A stretch of 64,000 bases of DNA from assembly GCA_050287845.1 (NCBI GenBank), contig JBNKCR010000018.1:1-64000 (forward strand), read 5' to 3'. The notes beneath the pieces were generated by a model. It ran no database searches, had not been told where the DNA came from, and worked only from the letters and a program-made list of their open reading frames with translations. Positions 56,557-64,000 of this stretch are shown piece by piece (within the stretch, counting starts at the first letter, position 1; every line of letters starts with the position of its first letter). Made by a program: the position numbers and the translations under genes. The DNA comes from Polyangia bacterium (GTDB lineage: Bacteria > Myxococcota_A > Polyangia > JAAYKL01).

Positions 56557-57626
56557 CGAAAATTCTGATGAAAGGCAATGAAGCAATTGGCGAAGCCGCT
56601 ATCAAGGCGGGTTGTCTTCATTTTTTCGGATATCCGATCACGCCTCAGAACGAATTGCCCGAATATCTGTCACGGCGGTTACCGCAAGTGGGGGGGCGGT
56701 ACGTTCAGACCGAAAGCGAAGTGGCCACCAGCAATATGATATTCGGCGCTGCGGGCGTCGGGGTCCGGGTGATGACGTCATCATCGTCTCCGGGCATCAG
56801 TTTAATGTCCGAGGGATTGTCTTATCTCGCCGGTGCGGATTTACCCGTGGTGGTGGTGAATATGATGCGTGCCGGTCCCGGATTGGCCGGAATTTTGCCC
56901 GCGCAGAGCGATTATGCCCACGCAACCCGGGGCACGGCACATGGTGATTTTAAATTATTGGTCCTGGCACCGGCATCTGTTCAGGAAGCCGTGGATTTGA
57001 CCATGCTCAGCTTTGAACTGGCCGACCGATACCGCATGCCGGTGATGCTGCTGGGCGATGGAATGATTGGTCAGATGATGGAGCCGGTATCGTTTCCGGA
57101 CGTGGAAGTGGGGCCTCCCATGGACGCATCGGATTGGGCGCTCACCGGATGTCGGGGCAGGGAACCGCGTCTGGTCAGTTCCCTTTTTCTTGATCCGGTG
57201 GAACTCAACGAAAAGAATCACGAACGTTTTCGAAGATATGATATAGTCGCACAGAACGAAACGCGATTTGAGCTGTATAACTGTGATGAACCATACGATA
57301 TTCTGATTACTGCCTTCGGGGTGATGAGTCGGGTGTGCAAATCAGCGATCACGGAATTGACCAACCAGGGTATCCGGGTTGGTCTGTTTCGGCCCATCAC
57401 GGTGAGCCCATTTCCCGCTGATGCGTTGTCCAGGGCAATTTTCAGTGCAAAGCGCGTTCTCGATGTAGAAATGAACATGGGCCAAATGCTTGTGGATGTC
57501 CAACTGGCAGCAAAGGGTAGAGTGGAAGTGGATTTTCTCGGTAAGTGCGGTGGTCTCACACCATCCATCGAGGACATTGTGGACGGGGTAATGGAAAGTG
57601 TGGCCCGGGCACAGGGGGTAATGTGA
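56553..57626 (+). CDS. vorB: 2-oxoisovalerate-type ferredoxin oxidoreductase alpha-type subunit
   Basis: MKGNEAIGEAA, GYPITPQ, Q.ESE, TSSSSPGISL, GPGL..I.PAQSDY, GQMMEP, EMN.GQM. Confidence 0.88.
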   Translation: MTKILMKGNEAIGEAAIKAGCLHFFGYPITPQNELPEYLSRRLPQVGGRYVQTESEVATSNMIFGAAGVGVRVMTSSSSPGISLMSEGLSYLAGADLPVVVVNMMRAGPGLAGILPAQSDYAHATRGTAHGDFKLLVLAPASVQEAVDLTMLSFELADRYRMPVMLLGDGMIGQMMEPVSFPDVEVGPPMDASDWALTGCRGREPRLVSSLFLDPVELNEKNHERFRRYDIVAQNETRFELYNCDEPYDILITAFGVMSRVCKSAITELTNQGIRVGLFRPITVSPFPADALSRAIFSAKRVLDVEMNMGQMLVDVQLAAKGRVEVDFLGKCGGLTPSIEDIVDGVMESVARAQGVM

Positions 57627-58381
57627 AAAGGATATTCGCACATACCGAAGGCATGATTACCGATCCGATGCATTATTGCCCCGGATGCACCCACGGCATT
57701 ATTCATCGTCTGGTAGGCGAAACGCTCATTGAACTCGGCATTCGCGAGCAGGCGGTAGGGATCTCTCCGGTTGGATGTTCGGTATTTACCTACAAGTATT
57801 TCCGCTGCGATATGTTTCAGGCTTCCCATGGCCGGGCGCCGGCGGTAGCCACAGGGGCCAAACGATGTCGCCCCGATTTGATTGTGTTCTGCTATCAGGG
57901 AGATGGCGATTTGGCGGCAATTGGTACATCGGAAATCATTCACGCGGCCAATCGGGGCGAAAAGATCACATGCATTTTTGTAAATAACGCTATCTATGGA
58001 ATGACCGGTGGTCAGATGGCGCCAACGACAGTTCCCGGCCAGCGTACGTCGACAACACCAGGCGGCCGAAAAGTGGAAGAAGACGGTTTTCCGTTGAAAA
58101 TGTCAGAAATTCTGGCTCAACTTCAGACTCCGGGGTATATTGCCCGGGTTTCCATGCATTCACCAGCTGAAATAATCAGGGCAAGGCAAATTGTCCGCAA
58201 AGCGTTTGAATACCAGGTGAATAATACCTGTTTCAGTTTTGTCGAGTTCCTCTCGACATGTCCGACGAACTGGGGACTTTCTCCAGTGGATTCACTGAAC
58301 TGGATTAAAAACAATATGCTGCCTTATTATCCGCTTGGAGAACATAAAGTTCCTGAGCAGGAAACGGGAGGTGTTCAATGA
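57623..58381 (+). CDS. 2-oxoacid:ferredoxin oxidoreductase beta (TPP-binding) subunit
   Basis: HYCPGC.HG, PVGCSV, HGRAPAVATG, YQGDGD...IG, NNAIYGMTGGQMAPT, CPTNW; GTG start overlapping the previous stop. Confidence 0.92.
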   Translation: MKRIFAHTEGMITDPMHYCPGCTHGIIHRLVGETLIELGIREQAVGISPVGCSVFTYKYFRCDMFQASHGRAPAVATGAKRCRPDLIVFCYQGDGDLAAIGTSEIIHAANRGEKITCIFVNNAIYGMTGGQMAPTTVPGQRTSTTPGGRKVEEDGFPLKMSEILAQLQTPGYIARVSMHSPAEIIRARQIVRKAFEYQVNNTCFSFVEFLSTCPTNWGLSPVDSLNWIKNNMLPYYPLGEHKVPEQETGGVQ

Positions 58382-59001
58382 GGTGTACGGATGTGCTGTT
58401 TGCCGGCTTCGGTGGCCACGGGATGTTGATGGCCGGAAAGCTTTTGGCTCAATCCATGATCAAACAGGGACGGCAAGTTTCATGGCTTCCTGCCTACGGT
58501 GCGGAAATGCGAGGGGGAACCGCAAACGTGACAGTCTGCATTTCAGATGGAGAGGTCATGTCGCCGTATATTGAACGGCCCAACGCGCTGGTCGTTATGA
58601 ATACGCCATCACTGAACAAGTTTGGTCCCCGCGTGAAACCGGGCGGTTTGATTCTACTGAACTCCACATTGATCAGAGAACCGTTCGAGCGGTTGGATTG
58701 TCCGGTGATGAGCCTGCCTGCCAGTCGAATTGCCATGGATATGGGAAATGCAAAAGCGACAAATCTGATTTTACTGGGCGCATATGCAGGCATTACACAA
58801 ATCACAACACAGAGCGAAATGACCGAAGTGATTCAGGAAACATTTACCCGAAAGCCCAAATTCATTCCAATAAATGTGTCCGCCTTTGTTGCCGGATGGA
58901 AAGAGGGAAATCGCCTGCGTCAGGAATTCGGTTTTGAGATCACCGCGGATGAAGAAGATGAAAATGAGTTGAATTCTTCGTATGCGTATTCAAACGGATA
59001 A
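58378..59001 (+). CDS. 2-oxoacid:ferredoxin oxidoreductase gamma subunit
   Basis: AGFGG.G....G, P.YG.EMRGGTAN, MN.PS, N...LGA. Confidence 0.92.
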   Translation: MRCTDVLFAGFGGHGMLMAGKLLAQSMIKQGRQVSWLPAYGAEMRGGTANVTVCISDGEVMSPYIERPNALVVMNTPSLNKFGPRVKPGGLILLNSTLIREPFERLDCPVMSLPASRIAMDMGNAKATNLILLGAYAGITQITTQSEMTEVIQETFTRKPKFIPINVSAFVAGWKEGNRLRQEFGFEITADEEDENELNSSYAYSNG

Positions 59002-59067
59002 CCAGACTGGCACGCAGATGATGCCATTCTGTCAAGTTGATGGAATACCCGATTTTATGATTGAGTT

Positions 59068-59832
59068 ATGTACATTCGTATAGATGGAAAGCAAGTAGAA
59101 GCAAAAAAATGGGATACCGTACTCACCGCAGCCCGTCGGGCCGGTATCGACATCCCATCGTTGTGTTATCATCCGGCACTGGAAACCGCTGCCGCCTGTC
59201 GCATGTGTGTGGTGGAGGTATTTCACGTTGGATGGTCCGATCCCCAGATAGTAGCTTCATGCGATTATAAAGTCTCTGAAGGACTTGAAGTATCGACACA
59301 CACCGAAAAGATACAGAAATTGCGACAGTCCACCATCGAGTTGCTGCTGGCCCGTGCTCCCGCAAGCCCGGCACTTCAGAGATTGGCGGAAGATTTCAAT
59401 TTATCACCCCGGTCACTGCCTCTGGTTCCCGATGCCGGAAATTGCATTCTCTGTCTGTTGTGCACCCGGGTATGTGAGCAAATGGGATGCCATGCGATTT
59501 CTGTGGCTGGCCGAGGTGAGAAGCGATTTATATCAACGCCATACAACGGCCCCGCTGACACATGCATCGGTTGTGGCGCATGTGCGCGAATCTGCCCCAC
59601 CAATTGCATTGAAATGACAGAAACGTCGACCACGATTACCATCTGGGGAAAAGAATTTGAGAGAGTTCAGTGTGACGCCTGTGGCTCTCCCCTTATTTCA
59701 AAGGCCTATCGCGAATATGCCATTGCCAGCCGCGAATTGTCCGATGATTATTATTCGCAGTGCCCTGAATGCAAGCGAAATGAAACCGCGCAGAAATTTT
59801 CGGGTCTTCTGTTGAAGGTGCACCATGGATAA
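59068..59832 (+). CDS. [2Fe-2S] + 2x[4Fe-4S] electron-transfer protein (NuoG/hydrogenase N-terminal-like)
   Basis: IPSLC, ACRMCVVE, ASC; CILCLLCTRVC; CIGCGAC..ICP; C-terminal CDAC...CPEC. Confidence 0.85.
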   Translation: MYIRIDGKQVEAKKWDTVLTAARRAGIDIPSLCYHPALETAAACRMCVVEVFHVGWSDPQIVASCDYKVSEGLEVSTHTEKIQKLRQSTIELLLARAPASPALQRLAEDFNLSPRSLPLVPDAGNCILCLLCTRVCEQMGCHAISVAGRGEKRFISTPYNGPADTCIGCGACARICPTNCIEMTETSTTITIWGKEFERVQCDACGSPLISKAYREYAIASRELSDDYYSQCPECKRNETAQKFSGLLLKVHHG

Positions 59833-60226
59833 GTCGCTGGTTGTCATCCCGTCAAGATGTGTTGGTTGCGGCACCTGTAAACTGGCCTGTTCTATGGTGA
59901 AGGGAAAAGGGGAGGGAATTGCCCGGCACAGAATTCATATTTACACCTCTTCTCCGGATACCCATGTGCAGGTTGCCTGTTTGCAATGTGTTGAAGCGGC
60001 CTGTATGAAAGTGTGTACTTCGGGCGCGCTGGTACGAAATCCCGATACGGGCGCGATCGAAGTAAACGAAAGCAGATGCATTGGCTGCGGGCTGTGTGAA
60101 ATTGCCTGCCCATTTGGACATATGCATTTTTCCACACAACGGCAGAAACCTGAAAAATGTGACCTTTGCGCCGGCGACCCTGCCTGCGTCCGGTTCTGTC
60201 CACACGGTGCACTCGAATACCGATAA
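59825..60226 (+). CDS. 4Fe-4S dicluster protein (DmsB/HydN/AorA-like)
   Basis: CVGCGTC..AC, CLQC....C..VC, CIGCGLC..ACP, KCDLC...PACV..CP. Confidence 0.88.
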   Translation: MDKSLVVIPSRCVGCGTCKLACSMVKGKGEGIARHRIHIYTSSPDTHVQVACLQCVEAACMKVCTSGALVRNPDTGAIEVNESRCIGCGLCEIACPFGHMHFSTQRQKPEKCDLCAGDPACVRFCPHGALEYR

Positions 60227-60275
60227 TTCGAATCAATATCGAAACAATCATGTGATAGAAACAATAAGGTAATAG

Positions 60276-61496
60276 ATGATGAAAAAAGCGCTGATTTATT
60301 TTCGCAGATGGTCGTTCTGGGCATTGAGTCGCCTGTTCAGTTTTGTGTATCTGCGTCCAAAATTCCGTCTGGAAATACGCGACAAGGACAAGCGAATTCC
60401 CAAACGCCCGTTTATCATGGTCTCCAATCATGGCACTTTTTTCGATCCATGGCTGATTGGACATTTGAGTCCATATCCACTGTCCATCATGATGAATGAG
60501 GAAGGATTCAAAGCGCCGTCCTTCACTCAATGGTACCTGAAAAATATCGGTGCCTTCCCCAAGAAAAAAGGGGAATCGGACATCGCGGCCATGAAGTATA
60601 CACTGAAAACTCTCAAGGAAGGCTATCCGGTGCTGATTTTCCCGGAGGGGCAAACCACGTGGGATGGAAAAACCCAACCGATTTATGGTGGCATCGAAAG
60701 TATTATCAAGCGTTCCAAACTGCCATTGGTGATGATGCGGATTACCGGGAATTTTATCAGCAAACCCTGGTGGTCCGAAGCGTTCCGGAAGGGCAGGGTT
60801 ATCATTCACAGAGATATTCTGTACCCCGAGCAGCTTGCGCAGATGAGTAAAAGTGAAATTCGAGACACCATCATTGGCTTCATTGCCAATAACGACCTTG
60901 AAGATGAAGACATGAAACAGACAACGTTTGTCGGTCCGCCGGCAACGGAAGGCATCAACCGTTTTGTCTGGATGTGTCCAGCCTGTGGCGTGGAAGATCA
61001 CATGACAGGAATAGAAGACCAGGTGAGCTGCACCGGTTGTTCAGCATCATGGAAAATGGATTCCCACTTCAGGCTGGCACCGTCGAATGACAAAGCGACG
61101 CCGGTTGGAAGTCTGCTGGACTGGGCTAATTGGCATAAAAAACAGGTCAAAGAAAAAATTGCAGGCACAAAAGACAGCGAATGTCTGACATCAAACGAGC
61201 AGGTCCACTATTGCGATGTGACTGATCATGGTGAATACCCCACCATCTCTGTCGGAAGGCTGTCATTAACCCCCCATACGCTTTCGTTTGTACCAACGGA
61301 TGCCGCCATTGCCCCCTTTGAACTGCCGGTAGAAAAAATCAATGATTACGTTTTTCAGATGAAAACCATTTTTGAATGCCGCTCAGAAGGCAAATTGTAC
61401 AAGTTTCGTTTCGAAGACGACAGCCCCATGAAATGGGTGTACTATTTCAGATATCTCAATAACTACGCGGAATGCGAAGAACGCGGATATATCTGA
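60276..61496 (+). CDS. 1-acyl-sn-glycerol-3-phosphate acyltransferase family protein with C-terminal zinc-ribbon-like extension
   Basis: NHGTFFD (HX4D), IFPEG..T.DG; CPAC...CTGC in the C-terminal half. Confidence 0.85.
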   Translation: MMKKALIYFRRWSFWALSRLFSFVYLRPKFRLEIRDKDKRIPKRPFIMVSNHGTFFDPWLIGHLSPYPLSIMMNEEGFKAPSFTQWYLKNIGAFPKKKGESDIAAMKYTLKTLKEGYPVLIFPEGQTTWDGKTQPIYGGIESIIKRSKLPLVMMRITGNFISKPWWSEAFRKGRVIIHRDILYPEQLAQMSKSEIRDTIIGFIANNDLEDEDMKQTTFVGPPATEGINRFVWMCPACGVEDHMTGIEDQVSCTGCSASWKMDSHFRLAPSNDKATPVGSLLDWANWHKKQVKEKIAGTKDSECLTSNEQVHYCDVTDHGEYPTISVGRLSLTPHTLSFVPTDAAIAPFELPVEKINDYVFQMKTIFECRSEGKLYKFRFEDDSPMKWVYYFRYLNNYAECEERGYI

Positions 61497-61539
61497 ACAG
61501 AATCCACACCGCATTGGCAACCGAACATTGACTCCGGGG

Positions 61540-63342
61540 TTACAGCAGTGTTTCCAACTGATCAATGAGGGAATCCAGTCGCTTTATGAGGGCCACAATC
61601 GGCGCCGGAGTGGAGAGATCGGCACCGGCTCGCTGAAGAAGTTCCAATGGAAATAGAGATGATCCGGACTTTAGGAAATTGAGATACGCATCGCGCTGCG
61701 CTTTGTTCCCATGGAGTACTTTCTGACTCAATGCCGTGGCGGCAGCGAGTCCGGTTGCATATTTATACACGTAAAATGCGCTGTAAAAATGGGGAATTCT
61801 CGCCCATTCCATGGAAAGCAATTCATCGAAAACCAGGGTCGGACCAAAGTATGCTTTCACCAGTTCTGAATATTCGGCCTTCAGCCGTTCCACTGTCAGT
61901 GCCTCTCCGGATTCTATGATTTCGTGGGAAATCTTTTCAAACTCGGCAAACATCGTCTGTCTGATCACGGTTGCCCTCAGTTGATTGATTTCCCTGTCGA
62001 TAATGTATGCCTTCATCTGGTCATCCGTGGCGGTTTTCAGCAGATGGTCAGTAAGCAGCTGTTCGTTGAAGGTGGAGGCAACCTCGGCAACGAAAATCGT
62101 ATAATCATAATTTGCGAAGTGTTGATTCCGGGCACTGAACCAGGTATGCATCGAATGTCCGGCTTCGTGAGCCAGGGTATACAGGCTCAGCAGCGAATCC
62201 GTTTTGTAATTCATCAGAATGTACGGTGGCACATCGTAACCACCGGCCGAAAAGGCGCCGCTTCTTTTTCCCCTGTTCTCATATCGGTCCACCCAGCGAT
62301 CGCTGGTCAGCCCTTTTTTCAGGATTTTAAGATATCCGGATCCCAGGGGAACAAGGGCCTCTCCAATGATGTCAACGGCTTCATCATAACCGCACTTCCA
62401 GTTCACCGATGAAATCAACGGCACATAGGTATCGAAAAAATGGAGTTCCCGCAGTTTCAGATGTTTTTTATGCAACTGCAGGTATCGATGATTGGTGTGC
62501 AAGTGCTCCCGCACAGTGTGAATCAGATTGTCGTACACCGATATCGGTACATCGTCTGCAAATAGCGAACGCTCTCTGGCGGAGGCGAAATTTCGGACCC
62601 TGGCCTGATACACATCCTGCTGTACTGACGCACTATAGGTTTCTGCCAAAGTGTTTTCGAATTCAGCGTATCTGGTAAACAGCTGTTGAAACGCGGCTTT
62701 TCGAACTGCGCGGTGGGGATTTTCCAACAACAGTCCGTAGCTGCTCTGAGTGAGCGTTACCGATTTGCCATCCACTTTCACGTCGCCGAATTTAAAGTCA
62801 GTATCGTTTAACTTTCGAAAGATATCTCCGGCGCTTCCGGATATTTCTCCCTGCATCGCGAGAATCCGCTCTTCCTTGTGACTCAGAATATGACGTTTCT
62901 GCCGCAGTATTTTTTGTATGGTGATTACGTAATCGGCCAGACACTCACTTTTGAGGAACTGTTCAATTTTACGTCCGGGAATGGCCAATATCGCCGGCGT
63001 AATAAAACTCGACGCCTCTTCGATTCGGGTCGCCAGACGCGTGTACTGCGCTACCAGTTCCTGGCTTTCGCTGCTCGCGAGATCCACTGACTGGGTCAGA
63101 AACGCATAAGAACCCAGACGCTCGAGCCGACGTCCGATCTCCACATCAAAATCGAGCAACGCTGCCAGTTTCTGAGCGTCCCGGGTCATTGATTTCTGAT
63201 GTTCGGCATACTGGGGATACAAATTTTCCAGCTTGGTGAATGCCCGTTTCCATGCAGCGCGTGTCTTAAAAATCTTTTCGAGATTCCATGTGTCCGCGGT
63301 GGGAATCTCTGCCCGGGGTTCAACCTGTTGTTTTCTGGCCAT
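61540..63342 (-). CDS. pepF: Oligoendopeptidase F (M3B)
   Basis: TW.L..IF, W.D.YEN.GKRSGAFS, TLAHEAGHSMH, AEVAST.NE, RQTMFAEFE, W.RIPHFY..FYVYKYATG. Confidence 0.96.
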   Translation of the reverse strand: MARKQQVEPRAEIPTADTWNLEKIFKTRAAWKRAFTKLENLYPQYAEHQKSMTRDAQKLAALLDFDVEIGRRLERLGSYAFLTQSVDLASSESQELVAQYTRLATRIEEASSFITPAILAIPGRKIEQFLKSECLADYVITIQKILRQKRHILSHKEERILAMQGEISGSAGDIFRKLNDTDFKFGDVKVDGKSVTLTQSSYGLLLENPHRAVRKAAFQQLFTRYAEFENTLAETYSASVQQDVYQARVRNFASARERSLFADDVPISVYDNLIHTVREHLHTNHRYLQLHKKHLKLRELHFFDTYVPLISSVNWKCGYDEAVDIIGEALVPLGSGYLKILKKGLTSDRWVDRYENRGKRSGAFSAGGYDVPPYILMNYKTDSLLSLYTLAHEAGHSMHTWFSARNQHFANYDYTIFVAEVASTFNEQLLTDHLLKTATDDQMKAYIIDREINQLRATVIRQTMFAEFEKISHEIIESGEALTVERLKAEYSELVKAYFGPTLVFDELLSMEWARIPHFYSAFYVYKYATGLAAATALSQKVLHGNKAQRDAYLNFLKSGSSLFPLELLQRAGADLSTPAPIVALIKRLDSLIDQLETLL

Positions 63343-63371
63343 GAGGCTTCCTTCCATTTTCTTCGTTGAAA

Positions 63372-64000
63372 TCAGTCGAGGGGTATCAGACTGTCCCGAC
63401 TGGCTTGTATATAAATTGAAAATACGGTTTCTTTGCCAGGGTCAGATGCTACATCCACTGAACCGCCATGGGCAAAGGCAATATTATAGACCATCGACAG
63501 GCCGATGCCCGTGCCCTGATCTTTTTCCTTGGTCGTAAAAAATGGGTCAAATATTTTTTGCAGAGTCGCCGGATTCATTCCCGGTCCATCGTCTTTCACC
63601 CGAATGCAGATATAATCCTGGCCCTTGTCAGTGCTCAGGTCTTCGGGAATCCGATCTTTTTTAACCGGTGAAGCGGAAAGTTCAATCGTGCCCTCGTTGG
63701 TACCAATGGCGTCCCGAGCATTGATGCACAGATTCAGAAGCGCCTGGGTCAGGGAGGTCCGGTCCGCTTTCACGGTCAGGGGGGTTGTATCGCGGATGTG
63801 AATGCGGATATTGTCGGGGAGTGTATTCCGCATGATAGATACCGTGTCGTTCAATATTTCAAGCAAATCTATCGCCGACGTTTCCACCAGCGCACTTCGT
63901 GAGAAAGTACTCAACCGGTCCAGAATATGAGATGCGGTCTGTCCGCAATCCGATATAGTGTCCAGATAGGTGGCGATAGACCGGATGTCTCTGGTTTCTC
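63372..64000 (-). CDS. Sensor histidine kinase, C-terminal part (5' end beyond the window)
   Basis: Frame open to the window edge; NLCINARDA, DDGPG, FDPFFTTK, GTGIGL. Confidence 0.9.
   Translation of the reverse strand, partial: ETRDIRSIATYLDTISDCGQTASHILDRLSTFSRSALVETSAIDLLEILNDTVSIMRNTLPDNIRIHIRDTTPLTVKADRTSLTQALLNLCINARDAIGTNEGTIELSASPVKKDRIPEDLSTDKGQDYICIRVKDDGPGMNPATLQKIFDPFFTTKEKDQGTGIGLSMVYNIAFAHGGSVDVASDPGKETVFSIYIQASRDSLIPLD

Noticed and set aside
59008..59026. TGGCACG sigma54-like -24 element before the Fe-S genes (also TGGCACG near 20983)
   Set aside because: GC lies 12 nt rather than 10 nt after GG (and is absent at 20983); sigma54 spacing is strict.
1..64000. tRNA/rRNA genes, transposases, integrases, prophage or defence genes
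   Set aside because: No recognisable motifs by eye; the intergenic gaps are short and accounted for. A tRNAscan/Infernal run would be needed to exclude small RNAs formally.

Overview
Bacterial chromosomal window of moderate GC, densely coding. Gene content points to an anaerobic Myxococcota/deltaproteobacterial-type organism (inference): Asp/Thr-repeat VWA lipoproteins, a myxobacterial-like LexA, a DUF3857/transglutaminase pair and a vor-type 2-oxoacid:ferredoxin oxidoreductase. Housekeeping genes include xth, rluA-family, trmH, leuS, map, nadE, ilvE, hisG, hisI, an FKBP PPIase, trxC and pepF. The window also holds a lipid-anchored GH9-CBM3 cellulase and a late flagellar locus (flaG-fliD-fliS-orf-fliC-fliS2) with clear sigma28 and sigma54 promoter motifs. 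I saw no rRNA, tRNA, CRISPR array or transposase. Most notable: (1) an intact LexA whose two autoproteolytic catalytic residues are both replaced (Ser->Ala, Lys->Arg), so it is predicted non-cleavable; (2) a translationally coupled, atypical signalling operon made of a small HDLGKY His-box protein, a sigma54 activator, a TPR-periplasmic kinase with a degenerate G1 box and a lone receiver, where both receiver domains share a private signature; (3) a flagellin leader with a 91-codon ORF and GGA motifs, followed by a second FliS and a stand-alone pseudo-HATPase; (4) interleaved inverted repeats upstream of the cellulase. All protein calls come from motif recognition by eye, not from database searches.
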